Origin: Paludibacteraceae bacterium
GTDB taxonomy: Bacteria > Bacteroidota > Bacteroidia > Bacteroidales > Paludibacteraceae
NCBI GenBank assembly: GCA_051870915.1
Contig: JBJECI010000024.1
Coordinates: 1,423-65,422 of the forward strand
DNA length: 64,000 nucleotides
Reading direction: 5' to 3'
Positions 16,076 to 25,069 of the stretch are shown here, in pieces; position 1 is the stretch's first letter, and each line of letters starts with the position of its first letter. The translations under genes were made by a program, and so were the position numbers. A model generated the notes under the pieces. That model made no database searches. It was not told the origin of the DNA and saw nothing but the letters and a program-made list of their open reading frames with translations.

Positions 16076-18682
16076 TTAGGCGTTGAGGTCTTGGAGGAGT
16101 TTCTCGAGTTGGTCGAGGTCGGTGATGAGCACGTCGCGTCCTTTGGGACCTTTGTTGGGACCTACGATGCCGGCGGCTTCGAGTTGGTCGGAGAGTTTTC
16201 CTGCTCGGTTGTAGCCTATCTCGAAAGCACGTTGGAGACGGGAGGTGGAGCCCTCCTGCTTGCTGACCACGTAGCGCGCCACGTCGGCGAACATCGGGTC
16301 AAGCCGCTTCATGTCCACGCTGCCGGGTGCGAGTGCTTCCTCTGCGCCCTCGGGTACGTACTCGGGCAGTTGGTAGGGCTCGAAATAGCGTTGCTGCTGC
16401 TCGATATGCTCGACCACCGCGTCCACCTCGGGGGTGTCCACGAAGGCGCACTGGATACGGGTTACGTTGCCGTTGGCGGAATAGAGCATATCGCCTCGTC
16501 CGATGAGTTGCTCCGCGCCCTTGGTGTCGAGCACGGTGCGGGAGTCGATGACAGACTGTGTGCGGAGGGCGATACGGGTAGGGATATTCGCCTTGATAAC
16601 ACCCGTAACGATATTTACGGACGGGCGTTGGGTGGCGAGAATCATGTGCATACCAACGGCGCGGGCTTTCTGCGTGATACGGGCGATAGGAGTCTCGACC
16701 TGCTTGCCTGCCTGCATAATGAAATCGCCGTACTCGTCAATGACGATGACGATATAAGGCAGGAACTGGTGGTGGAGGCTGTCTGCCACGAGTTTCTCGG
16801 GATTAAGGCGACGTTTGACGAACTTATCGTTGTAGTCCTCAAGGTTGCGCACTCCGGCATCCATGAGCAGTTTGTAGCGGTTCTCCATCTCGATGACGAG
16901 GGAGTTGAGGGTGTTGATGACCTTGTCGCAGTCGGTGATGATGATGTCTTTCTCTTCGACATCGGGCATAGCGGCGAGGTAGTGGCGGCAGAGGGCTTTG
17001 TAGGGTGTGAACTCTACCATCTTGGGGTCCACGAGCACGAACTTCAACTCCGCGGGGTGCTTCTTGTAGAGCAGGGATGTCAGTATGGCATTGATAGCCA
17101 CGGACTTACCTTGCCCTGTGGCACCTGCGACGAGGAGGTGGGGTGTCTTGGCGAGGTCGAACATAAAGACCTCGTTGGTGATGGTGCGCCCGATAGCCAC
17201 GGGGAGGCGCATCTTCTGCTCGTCTTGGAAGCGCTTGGAGGCGATGACGGAGTGCATGCTGACCACCTGCGGTTTCTCGTTGGGGACCTCGATGCCGACG
17301 GTACCTTTGCCCGGCATGGGGGCGATGATACGGATGCCCGTGGCGGAGAGCGAGAGCATGATGTCATTCTCGAGGTTTTGGATTTTCGCGACGCGGACAC
17401 CTGCTTTCGGCACTATCTCGTAGAGGGTAACCGTAGGTCCGACGGTGGCTTTGATAGACTCTATCTCAATGCCGTAGTTGCGAAGGGTGGTAACGATACG
17501 GGTGCCGTTGGCGCGCTGCTCGTCTTGGTCGATGACGGGCATAGTCTCGTTGTCGTACACTTTGAGCAAGTCAAGCGCGGGGAACTTGAAGTACTCGAGG
17601 TCTTTGCGGGGATCGTAGGGACCGAGTTTGGCAAGGATAGCCTCGGGAGAGTTGTCCTCGGCGAGTTCTACGGGCTTGGTGTCGGTGATTTCTACCTCCT
17701 CGTCGGAGTCGGAGGGGTCGGAGTTATCCGAATCGTCGGAGTTTTCTGAGTTTTCTGAGTTTTCGGAGGAGTCCGCTTGTTCGGCGGGTTCGATGGATGG
17801 GGTGTCGATTGTGAAGGTGATGGTGCCGTCGAGGGTGTCTTCGGCGGGAGTGTCCACGGAGATGTCTATGGTAGAATCCGTAGTTTCTATTGTTTCTATA
17901 GCGTCTATAGAGTCTATAGGGGCTATAGTTTCGATAGGGTCTATAGAATCATCAATGGTTACTTCCGTTTGCTCTGCGGGTTTGGGTTTGCGGCGGAAGA
18001 ATTGCTTGAGGCGAACGAGCAGTCGGCGACAACGGTAGATGAACTGTTTATCTGCTAACACAAAGAATATCAGCAGCGCAACGAGCAAGACGATTATCAT
18101 GCCGACGGGCTGGATATAGGAGTTGAGCCATTGACTGAAGCAAGCGCCGAAAGCGCCACCCCATCGGAAGGTGCCTATGCCAATCATGATTTGCAGGAAG
18201 CCAAGTGCGATTGCGCCCCATAGAAGCCAGAAGGTGGTGCAGACGAAGGCGCGGAGGGGGGACTCGAAACGCACTTTGAGACAATAGAGCCCATAGACCA
18301 CCAGCAGGAGGATGAGCACGATAGAGACGAGTCCGAAAGAGCCGTCGATAAGGAAATCTGCGAGTGCCGCCCCCGGGAGCCCGAGGATGTTGCGTATCTC
18401 GCCGCGGTGCTCGCGGCGGTCGGCGCGGGACATATCGAGCAGCGATTGGTCTGCTGTGCCCGTGAAGAAGAAAGAAATGTAAGCTACTAAAAGGAAGATA
18501 GCTATCGCCAAGAGCACTACGCCCGAGATGACGCGGGTGCGAGGGTCAAGGCAAAAAGCGCGCACTTGCTGCCACCAAGGGGTTTTCTCCACTTGGATTG
18601 TTTGAGAGTCTTCTGCTGAGGTGATGCGTGTACCGAAGCGTGTCGGCATGTCAAGGTCTTTTTTTATGGGTTTACGAGGCAT
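16076..18682 (-). CDS. ftsK: DNA translocase FtsK/SpoIIIE
   Basis: 868-aa ORF. N-terminal TM helices, low-complexity linker, motor domain with Walker A VAGATGQGKSV, and a C-terminal gamma winged-helix (STSRLQRAFEIGYNRAGKLSDQLEAAGIVG). Confidence 0.93.
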   Translation of the reverse strand: MPRKPIKKDLDMPTRFGTRITSAEDSQTIQVEKTPWWQQVRAFCLDPRTRVISGVVLLAIAIFLLVAYISFFFTGTADQSLLDMSRADRREHRGEIRNILGLPGAALADFLIDGSFGLVSIVLILLLVVYGLYCLKVRFESPLRAFVCTTFWLLWGAIALGFLQIMIGIGTFRWGGAFGACFSQWLNSYIQPVGMIIVLLVALLIFFVLADKQFIYRCRRLLVRLKQFFRRKPKPAEQTEVTIDDSIDPIETIAPIDSIDAIETIETTDSTIDISVDTPAEDTLDGTITFTIDTPSIEPAEQADSSENSENSENSDDSDNSDPSDSDEEVEITDTKPVELAEDNSPEAILAKLGPYDPRKDLEYFKFPALDLLKVYDNETMPVIDQDEQRANGTRIVTTLRNYGIEIESIKATVGPTVTLYEIVPKAGVRVAKIQNLENDIMLSLSATGIRIIAPMPGKGTVGIEVPNEKPQVVSMHSVIASKRFQDEQKMRLPVAIGRTITNEVFMFDLAKTPHLLVAGATGQGKSVAINAILTSLLYKKHPAELKFVLVDPKMVEFTPYKALCRHYLAAMPDVEEKDIIITDCDKVINTLNSLVIEMENRYKLLMDAGVRNLEDYNDKFVKRRLNPEKLVADSLHHQFLPYIVIVIDEYGDFIMQAGKQVETPIARITQKARAVGMHMILATQRPSVNIVTGVIKANIPTRIALRTQSVIDSRTVLDTKGAEQLIGRGDMLYSANGNVTRIQCAFVDTPEVDAVVEHIEQQQRYFEPYQLPEYVPEGAEEALAPGSVDMKRLDPMFADVARYVVSKQEGSTSRLQRAFEIGYNRAGKLSDQLEAAGIVGPNKGPKGRDVLITDLDQLEKLLQDLNA
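17691..17950. repeat. Tandem word repeats encoding the FtsK linker
   Basis: GGAGTTTTCTGAGTTTTCTGAGTTTTCGGAG at 17738-17767, encoding SENSENSENS on the minus strand. A CTATAG-type array at 17865-17950 encodes DSIDPIETIAPIDSIDAIETIETTDS. The same CTATAG words occur intergenically at 28474-28524. Confidence 0.88.
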
Positions 18683-18784
18683 AGGCGATTAATTGGTTTC
18701 GAGTTGTAGGTTTCAGGATTCAAGTATTCTTTTTATCGTTTTACCGTCCCGACGAGTCGAGGCGTCCCCAGTGGTTTTACTTTT

Positions 18785-18840
18785 GGTGCGGTCTGGAGAC
18801 CGCACCTCCTTTGGGCAGGCGGGGGCACCTGCATACCCGA
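18785..18840. repeat. Perfect HP-A palindrome plus an HP-C-like hairpin in the ftsK leader
   Basis: GGTGCGGTCTGGAGACCGCACCTCC at 18785-18809 (10-bp perfect stem), followed by GGGCAGGCGGGGGCACCTGCATACCC. Confidence 0.9.
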
Positions 18841-18853
18841 TGGATTTCGTTTG

Positions 18854-18885
18854 CAAAGGTACTGCTTTTTTTTGGAATATGCAAC
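18854..18885 (-). promoter_or_regulatory. Promoter for ftsK
   Basis: Minus strand reads GTTGCATATTCCAAAAAAAAGCAGTACCTTTGCAAA. The -7 box is plus 18854-18861, spacing 20 nt. Leader ~165 nt, containing HP-A. Confidence 0.68.
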
Positions 18886-19204
18886 AGACTGGCTTATAAA
18901 TTTTGCGAAATAGGATTTATACACAAACGACAATAAAGTAGCCTTAGCCTGCTGAAATAGTTTGATAAGCCAATCTAATCTTGAGAATAAACATTTTGTT
19001 TCCGGATAGATAAATTTAATGCCAAAATGACATTGTAAACTAACACACTTTTTTATCGGAACATAGTAAGGGTTGAGTAAGGACCTTATAAGGGTCTTAG
19101 CGAGGTTTGAACGAACTGTTTAATTGTGTCAAAATGTTACGTTTTTAACACAAAAACCATCATTCTGATTATTTTGTTTATATCCCATTTGTGAGTTACA
19201 AAAC

Positions 19205-19375
19205 AGACGAAGGTAACTCCGGCTTCCCCGCCTCTCTTCGTTTATCCCGATGCTTGCATCTATGTTTATCCCGACATGTCGGGATTTTATCGGGGACTGT
19301 CGGGAAAAGGAGAGGAGGGGGTCGGGCGCGGGTAAGGTACACTCGACATCCAGCCGCAGAGGAAAATAAACGAAC
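19205..19375. repeat. Degenerate GD / CCCGAC-hairpin composite
   Basis: GACGAAGGTAACTCCGGCTTCCCCGCCTCTC, TCCCGACATGTCGGGA and GGAGAGGAGGGGGTCGGGCGCGGGTAAGGTACACTCGACATCCAGCCGCAGAGG parallel 43535-43625. Confidence 0.75.
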
Positions 19376-19431
19376 CGCTATGGTGTAATCGTACAATTTT
19401 TGTGGAAAAATGTGCATTTTGCTAAATAGAT

Positions 19432-19462
19432 TTTGCAGTTTCAAAAAAAAGCACTAACTTTG
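19432..19462 (+). promoter_or_regulatory. Promoter for the rseC-like/rnfBCDGEA operon
   Basis: TTTG at 19432-19435 and TAACTTTG at 19455-19462, spacing 19 nt. ATG at 19487. Confidence 0.68.
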
Positions 19463-19486
19463 TGCGCTTTTTGGAATATATTGTTT

Positions 19487-19897
19487 ATGGACGAACCTAT
19501 ACGACATGAGGGCATCGTACTCGCCGTGAAAGACGGGAAAGCACTGGTGGAGATAGTGCAGACGAGTGCTTGCAGCGCTTGCAAGGCGCGCAGTATGTGC
19601 ATGTCCGCCGAGAGCCAAGAGAAGCGTATCGATGCCGTGATGACCGAGCCGCTGCACGCCGGAGACCGCGTGGAGGTGATGGTTACAGAGCGTCTCGCGT
19701 GGAAAGCGGTGCTGCTGGCGTACATACTGCCGTTCGTGGTGATGATGGCGGTGATTGGATTGCTGAACCTGTGGATAGAGAGCGAGGCAATCGTGGGGAC
19801 AGTGGCGCTGTGTGCTATCGCGCTGTACTACATCGTGCTGTCGTTCTTCCGAGGCCGCTTGCAGAAAGAGTTCTCCTTCACCGCAAGAAAACTCTGA
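19487..19897 (+). CDS. RseC/MucC-family (SoxR-reducing-system type) small membrane protein preceding rnf
   Basis: The ATG at 19487 gives MDEPIRHEGIVLAVKDGKALVEIVQTSACSACKARSMC, followed by two TM helices. It sits directly upstream of rnfB. Confidence 0.75.
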   Translation: MDEPIRHEGIVLAVKDGKALVEIVQTSACSACKARSMCMSAESQEKRIDAVMTEPLHAGDRVEVMVTERLAWKAVLLAYILPFVVMMAVIGLLNLWIESEAIVGTVALCAIALYYIVLSFFRGRLQKEFSFTARKL

Positions 19898-19945
19898 CCA
19901 CTGACCACTGACCACTAACCACTAACCACTGACAACTAATCAACA
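19895..19945. repeat. W repeat: TGACCAC/TAACCAC heptamers between rseC-like and rnfB
   Basis: TGACCACTGACCACTGACCACTAACCACTAACCACTGACAACTAATCAAC, starting at the stop codon. Confidence 0.9.
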
Positions 19946-19957
19946 AAAACATATATC

Positions 19958-20944
19958 ATGAATTTAATCTTTATTTCTTTGGCCGTTTTGGGCGTAACGG
20001 GATTGGTAGCCGCCGTGCTGCTGTACCTGATTGCCCAAAAGTTCAAGGTAGAAGAAGACCCCCGTATCGATGAGGTGCAGGAAGTGCTCCCGGGTGCTAA
20101 CTGCGGCGGCTGCGGTTTCGCAGGCTGCCGTGCGTTGGCGGAGGCATGCGTGAAAGCCGACTCGCTGGATGGTCTTTCCTGCCCTGTTGGCGGTGCACCC
20201 ACGATGACGAAAGTGGGTGAAATCTTAGGAATGGCAGCCCCCGTAACGGAGCCTAAAGTGGCGGTAGTACGCTGCAACGGCACCTGCGCGGCGCGTCCTA
20301 AGACGAGTGAGTATAACGGCGAGCGCCACTGCGACATCATGCACAGCCTGTATGGTGGCGAGGCAGACTGCCGCTTCGGCTGCTTGGGTTGCGGCGACTG
20401 CACCCGTGCCTGCCAGTTCGGCGCACTGTCGATGGACCCCGAGACAGGGCTGCCCGTGGTGGACGAAGAGAAATGTACCGCCTGCGGCAAGTGCGTTCAA
20501 GCCTGCCCGCGCCACCTGATTGAGTTGCGCAAGAAAGGACCGAAGAACCGCCGCATGGTCGTGCTCTGCCGCAACGAAGACAAGGGCGCCATCACCCGCA
20601 AGGTATGCCACAACGGCTGTATCGGCTGTGGCAAGTGCGCAAAGGAATGTCCGTTCGACGCTATCGTAGTGGAGAACAACGTGGCATATATTGATTTCGA
20701 GAAGTGCCGTCTGTGCCGCAAGTGCGAGGCGGTTTGTCCCACGGGTGCCATCCACGCCGTGAACTTCCCGCCGCGCCCGCAGAAGCCGGCAGAGCCCGCT
20801 ACCAAGCCTGCTGCACCTGCAGCGCCTAAGGCAGCGCAACCCGCAGCACCCGCGGCTGAAACCGTGAAGGCAGACGCACCGAAGGCTGAGGCACCGAAGA
20901 CAGAGCCAGCAGCACAAAATGTAGAAAAGGAGGTAAAAGCATGA
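19958..20944 (+). CDS. rnfB: Rnf electron-transport complex subunit B (Fe-S) with Ala/Pro-rich C-terminal tail
   Basis: 328-aa ORF with N-terminal TM helix. Motif CGGCGFAGC and several CxxCxxCxxxCP ferredoxin motifs. The last ~60 aa (PPRPQKPAEPATKPAAPAAPKAAQPAAPAAETVKADAPKAEAPK) are low complexity. Confidence 0.9.
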   Translation: MNLIFISLAVLGVTGLVAAVLLYLIAQKFKVEEDPRIDEVQEVLPGANCGGCGFAGCRALAEACVKADSLDGLSCPVGGAPTMTKVGEILGMAAPVTEPKVAVVRCNGTCAARPKTSEYNGERHCDIMHSLYGGEADCRFGCLGCGDCTRACQFGALSMDPETGLPVVDEEKCTACGKCVQACPRHLIELRKKGPKNRRMVVLCRNEDKGAITRKVCHNGCIGCGKCAKECPFDAIVVENNVAYIDFEKCRLCRKCEAVCPTGAIHAVNFPPRPQKPAEPATKPAAPAAPKAAQPAAPAAETVKADAPKAEAPKTEPAAQNVEKEVKA

Positions 20945-22284
20945 GTACGTTTCGTATAGGTGGAGTTCATCCACAGGAGAATAAAGAGTTTTCGGCGCAC
21001 AAGCCCATCGTGGATTGCCCGCTGCCGAAGAAAGCGACCGTCCTGCTCGCGCAGCACATCGGTGCACCCGCAGTGCCCATAGTGGAGAAAGGCGACAAAG
21101 TGCTGGTGGGACAGTTGATTGCCAAGGCTAACGGTTTCGTCAGTTCCAACGTATGCTCGCCCGTGAGCGGCACGGTGGCGAAGATTGACTCTATCGTGGA
21201 CGCAACGGGCTTCCGCGCACCCGCCATCATGATTGACGTGGAGGGCGACGAGTGGCTGCCCGAGATAGACCGCACGCCCGACATCAAGCGCGAGTGCACG
21301 CTCGAGCCCAAGGAAATCGTGGACAAGATTGCCGCTGCGGGCATCGTAGGTCTCGGCGGCGCATGCTTCCCCACGCAGGTAAAGTTGCTGCCGCCCCCGG
21401 GCAAGAAAGCCGAAGTGCTGATTGTCAACGGCGTAGAGTGCGAACCCTACTTGACCAACGACCACCAACTGATGCTCGAGCACGGCGAGGAAATCATGAT
21501 TGGTATCCAAATCGTGATGAAAGCCCTCGGTATCCACCGCGCCATCATCGGTATTGAGAAGAACAAGCCCGACGCCATCAAGCACATGCAGGACTTGGCA
21601 AGCAAGATGTTGGGCGTAGAGGTAAAACCGCTGAAGGTGAAGTACCCGCAAGGCGGTGAGAAACAGTTGATTGACGCTTGTATCCGTCGCCAAGTACCCA
21701 GCGGCGCGCTGCCCATCGAGGTGGGTGCCGTGGTGGACAACGTGGCTACGCTGTACGCCGTCTATGAGGCAGTGCAGAAGAACAAACCGCTGATTGACCG
21801 CGTGATGACCGTAACGGGCAAGCACATGGAGAAACCGGGTAACTACCGCGTGCGCTTCGGTACGCCGATTACGGAAATCATCGACTTCGCAGGCGGCATA
21901 CCCGACCACTCGGGGCGTATCATCGCCGGCGGTCCGATGATGGGACGCGCCATCTCCAACCTTGCGGCAATGCCTGCCAACAAACGTCTTTCCGCACTGC
22001 TCTTCATGCCGGAGAACGAGAGTCGTCGCCACGAGCCGACCAACTGCATCCGCTGCGCGAAGTGCGTGGACGCCTGCCCGATGGGCTTGGAACCCTACCT
22101 GCTCGCACAACTCAGTGCACGACAAGACTGGGACACCATGGAGAAGCACGACGTGATGGATTGTATCGATTGCGGCTGCTGCCTCTTCACCTGCCCCAGC
22201 CATCGACCCTTGCTCGACTACATCCGTTTAGGCAAAGGCAAAGTAGGTGCCAACATCCGCGCTCGACAAGCGGCAAAGAAGTAA
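20941..22284 (+). CDS. rnfC: Rnf complex subunit C
   Basis: 447-aa ORF. Motifs CIRCAKCVDACP and CIDCGCCLFTCP, plus an NADH/FMN-binding region GLGGACFPTQVK. There is a 4-nt ATGA overlap with rnfB. Confidence 0.94.
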   Translation: MSTFRIGGVHPQENKEFSAHKPIVDCPLPKKATVLLAQHIGAPAVPIVEKGDKVLVGQLIAKANGFVSSNVCSPVSGTVAKIDSIVDATGFRAPAIMIDVEGDEWLPEIDRTPDIKRECTLEPKEIVDKIAAAGIVGLGGACFPTQVKLLPPPGKKAEVLIVNGVECEPYLTNDHQLMLEHGEEIMIGIQIVMKALGIHRAIIGIEKNKPDAIKHMQDLASKMLGVEVKPLKVKYPQGGEKQLIDACIRRQVPSGALPIEVGAVVDNVATLYAVYEAVQKNKPLIDRVMTVTGKHMEKPGNYRVRFGTPITEIIDFAGGIPDHSGRIIAGGPMMGRAISNLAAMPANKRLSALLFMPENESRRHEPTNCIRCAKCVDACPMGLEPYLLAQLSARQDWDTMEKHDVMDCIDCGCCLFTCPSHRPLLDYIRLGKGKVGANIRARQAAKK

Positions 22285-22298
22285 AACAGACCGTTGAT

Positions 22299-22413
22299 GG
22301 ATAAAAGACCGCTTCGCTAAAAGATAAAGGATAAAAGACCTATTAGTCCCGACGCAGAAAACTCATAGACGAATGTTGTCAGTCTTTCATCCATCATCCT
22401 TCATCCTTAATCC
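22299..22413. repeat. MB element filling the rnfC-rnfD junction
   Basis: GGATAAAAGACC..AAGATAAAGGATAAAAGACCTATTAGTCCCGACGCAGAAAACTCATAGACGAATGTTGTCAGTCTTTCATCCATCATCCTTCATCCTTAATCC. Confidence 0.88.
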
Positions 22414-22424
22414 TAACAAGAAAT

Positions 22425-23423
22425 ATGCAAAAGTTAATTGTATCTCCGGCACCGCACGTACACAACAACGATAGTGTTCGGAAAAATATGCTCCTTGTCA
22501 TACTGGCTCTGCTGCCGGCATACGTGATGTCGGTCATTGAGTTCGGTTTGGGGGCTTTGATTACTGCGGCAATCAGCGTGGCAGCCTGCGTGCTGTTTGA
22601 GTGGCTGATTACGAAGTTCCTGCTCCGCGAGACTCCTATGATAGGAGACTTCTCGGCAGTATTGACAGGTCTGCTGCTGGCATTCAACCTGCCGAGCAAC
22701 CTGCCTTGGTGGATAGTGTTGATTGGTGCCTTGGTAGCCATCGGCGTTGGTAAGATGTCGTTCGGCGGACTGGGGCAGAACCCCTTCAACCCCGCGCTGG
22801 TAGGACGTGTGTTCCTGCTCATTTCTTTCCCCGTACAGATGACCACATGGCCGCGCCCGCTGGGCTTTGCAGGCAGTTATGTGGACGCAGAGACTGGTGC
22901 CACCCCGCTGGCATTGCTCAAGCAGGCAGTGAAAGCAGGCGATGCCTCCGTGGTGAGCCAACTGCCCGACCTATGGGATGCCTTCCTCGGCGTGATGGGC
23001 GGCTCGCTCGGTGAGGTCAGCGCATTGCTCCTGCTTATCGGCGGACTCTTCCTTATTATCACGCGCGTGATAACATGGCATATCCCCGTCAGCATACTGG
23101 CTACGGTAACGCTGTTCGCTGCCGTTACAGGCTGGTGCGGCGCACTGCCCGAAGGACTCACCACCTGCCAATATATCGCGATGACGCTCTGCACGGGTGG
23201 TATCATGCTCGGTGCCTTCTTCATGGCTACGGACTACGTTACCTCGCCCATGACCGCTTGGGGAAAAATCATCTTCGGCGTGGGTATCGGTGTGATTGTG
23301 ATGGTGATTCGTACTTGGGGCGCTTACCCCGAAGGTATGTCGTTTGCCATTCTGATTATGAACGCTTGCGTTCCGTTGTTGAACCATATTCGCCCGAAAC
23401 GCTTCGGCGAGAAAAAGAAATAA
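22425..23423 (+). CDS. rnfD: Rnf complex subunit D
   Basis: 332-aa polytopic membrane ORF of the NqrB/RnfD family (GLGQNPFNPALVGRVFL, ETGATPL). Confidence 0.93.
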   Translation: MQKLIVSPAPHVHNNDSVRKNMLLVILALLPAYVMSVIEFGLGALITAAISVAACVLFEWLITKFLLRETPMIGDFSAVLTGLLLAFNLPSNLPWWIVLIGALVAIGVGKMSFGGLGQNPFNPALVGRVFLLISFPVQMTTWPRPLGFAGSYVDAETGATPLALLKQAVKAGDASVVSQLPDLWDAFLGVMGGSLGEVSALLLLIGGLFLIITRVITWHIPVSILATVTLFAAVTGWCGALPEGLTTCQYIAMTLCTGGIMLGAFFMATDYVTSPMTAWGKIIFGVGIGVIVMVIRTWGAYPEGMSFAILIMNACVPLLNHIRPKRFGEKKK

Positions 23424-23436
23424 GGAGGATACAACT

Positions 23437-24252
23437 ATGGCAAAGTTAAAGAGTTCACTTCGAAATATGATATTGTCGCTGACGCTTATTGCGTTGGTGG
23501 CAGCAGCAATGTTGTCGGGAATCTATTTGCTGACAAAGGAAAGCATTGAGAAACAGAAAGCAGAGAAGCAATTGGCCGCCATCAGTGCCGTCCTTCCTGC
23601 ACACGACCGTATAGCCGACCCCGAGACCATGCAGGGGCTGATTGTGCACAAAGCCTACACGGGCGACACCTTTGCAGGGGCTGCCGTGGAGACCGAGTCA
23701 AACGGCTTCGGCGGCAAAATCCGCCTGATGGTGGGCTTCGACAACGACAGCCACATCACGGGCTACGAGGTGCTGGAGCAGACCGAGACCCCGGGATTGG
23801 GTACGCATATCGTTGAGTGGTTTAAGAACGCCGACAAGGCAGGGCAGAACATCATCGGGCGTAAGGCAACGGGCGCGATGACCGTGAGCAAAGACGGCGG
23901 CGACGTGGACGCTATCACGGCAGCCACCATCTCCAGCCGCGCTTTCTTGGAAGCCGTAAACAAAGCATACGAGGCATACACCGAGGGTGAAGTGCAGGCT
24001 GCGTCTGGCGCCAGCCGGCAGGCAGAGCCGAAAGTGTCGGAAAGCACCGGGGACGCAGGCGTCTCGCCTGCGGTGGCAGCAGAGCAGAACCCCGAGCAGC
24101 AGACTACTTGCGAGTGCGGCAAACCCATTGAGGAGTGCTGCAAAACCAAGGGCACACCCTGCGAAGGCAACTGCGGCAACTGCAAACACAATGGTGAGCA
24201 TAAGTGCAAACACGATGGTGAGCACCACTGCAAACACAACTGCAAGAAGTAA
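23437..24252 (+). CDS. rnfG: Rnf complex subunit G (FMN-binding) with an atypical ~90-aa C-terminal extension
   Basis: 271-aa ORF with an N-terminal TM anchor and FMN_bind region (GGKIRLMVGF, ETPGLG, VDAITAATISSRA). The tail from ~23981 contains an HP-C copy (GDAGVSPAV) and a Cys/His-rich end. Confidence 0.88.
   Translation: MAKLKSSLRNMILSLTLIALVAAAMLSGIYLLTKESIEKQKAEKQLAAISAVLPAHDRIADPETMQGLIVHKAYTGDTFAGAAVETESNGFGGKIRLMVGFDNDSHITGYEVLEQTETPGLGTHIVEWFKNADKAGQNIIGRKATGAMTVSKDGGDVDAITAATISSRAFLEAVNKAYEAYTEGEVQAASGASRQAEPKVSESTGDAGVSPAVAAEQNPEQQTTCECGKPIEECCKTKGTPCEGNCGNCKHNGEHKCKHDGEHHCKHNCKK
24049..24073. repeat. HP-C copy inside the rnfG tail
   Basis: GGGGACGCAGGCGTCTCGCCTGCGG, translated GDAGVSPAV. 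The same peptide is encoded in the MBOAT CDS at 61711-61735. Confidence 0.9.
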
Positions 24253-24254
24253 AT

Positions 24255-24345
24255 GAGGACTAAAGACCGCGCTCCGCGCTGACAGATAGTCGGACAACGA
24301 AGTGGTCGGACAGTGAAACGGTCAGACAGCGTAGCGGTCAAAAAA
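24255..24345. repeat. GCGC hairpin plus GGTCGGACA word repeats in the rnfG-rnfE junction
   Basis: AGACCGCGCTCCGCGCTGAC, then TAGTCGGACAACGAAGTGGTCGGACAGTGAAACGGTCAGACAGCGTAGCGGTCA. Related to 62196-62220 and 62385-62395. Confidence 0.8.
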
Positions 24346-24356
24346 TCTAACAAATT

Positions 24357-24941
24357 ATGAATAAGGCATTAAAAACACTAACCAATGGCATTCTGCGCGA
24401 GAACCCTACCTTTGCTCTCGTGCTGGGTATGTGCCCCACGCTGGCTACTACCACCTCTGCCATCAACGGTATGTCGATGGGGCTTGCCACCACGGCGGTG
24501 CTCATCTGCTCGAATATCGTTATCTCTCTCCTGAAGAACCTGATTCCCGATAAGGTGCGTATCCCTGCTTTCATTGTGGTGATTGCATCGTTCGTAACCA
24601 TGGTGCAACTGCTTGTGCAGGCGTATCTGCCCGCTATCTACGATGCACTGGGTCTGTTCATCCCGCTGATTGTGGTGAACTGTATCGTGCTGGGTCGTGC
24701 AGAGGCGTTTGCAGCGAAGAACAACGTGGGTCTTTCTGCTCTGGACGGCATCGGCATGGGTCTCGGCTTCACGCTGGCGCTGACTATCCTCGGCGCTATC
24801 CGCGAACTGCTGGGCACGGGTAAGATTTTCGATTTCGCTATCTTCCCCGAGAACTACGGCATGCTCGTCTTCGTCCTCGCCCCCGGCGCCTTCATCGCAT
24901 TGGCATACGTAATGGCATTAGTTAACAAACTGAAAAAATAA
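24357..24941 (+). CDS. rnfE: Rnf complex subunit E
   Basis: 194-aa polytopic ORF of the RnfE/NqrD family (NPTFALVLGMCPTLATT, GLFIPLIVVNCIVLGRAEAFA). Confidence 0.93.
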   Translation: MNKALKTLTNGILRENPTFALVLGMCPTLATTTSAINGMSMGLATTAVLICSNIVISLLKNLIPDKVRIPAFIVVIASFVTMVQLLVQAYLPAIYDALGLFIPLIVVNCIVLGRAEAFAAKNNVGLSALDGIGMGLGFTLALTILGAIRELLGTGKIFDFAIFPENYGMLVFVLAPGAFIALAYVMALVNKLKK

Positions 24942-25053
24942 GGACTTAGGATAAAGGATTAAGGACACAGGATAAAAGACTAAATAGTATTGACTCTGAA
25001 AATTCATAGACGAATGTAATAAGTCCTTCATCTTTCATCCTTCATCCTTTATC
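24941..25053. repeat. MB element filling the rnfE-rnfA junction
   Basis: AAGGACTTAGGATAAAGGATTAAGGACACAGGATAAAAGACTAAATAGTATTGACTCTGAAAATTCATAGACGAATGTAATAAGTCCTTCATCTTTCATCCTTCATCCTTTATC. Confidence 0.9.
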
Positions 25054-25069
25054 TACAAACAACACAACT

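Noticed and set aside
16055-17749. Very long ORFs antisense to real genes. Examples: 16055-17749 opposite ftsK, 33493-35598 opposite dcp, 47404-49029 opposite glyQS, 49059-50978 opposite the phosphorylase gene, 20497-22203 opposite rnfC, 13060-14163 opposite gap.
   Set aside because: Their translations are low complexity (rich in V/G/H/L/E/D) with no recognisable motifs, while the opposite strand encodes textbook proteins. These are shadow ORFs expected from GC-rich codon usage.
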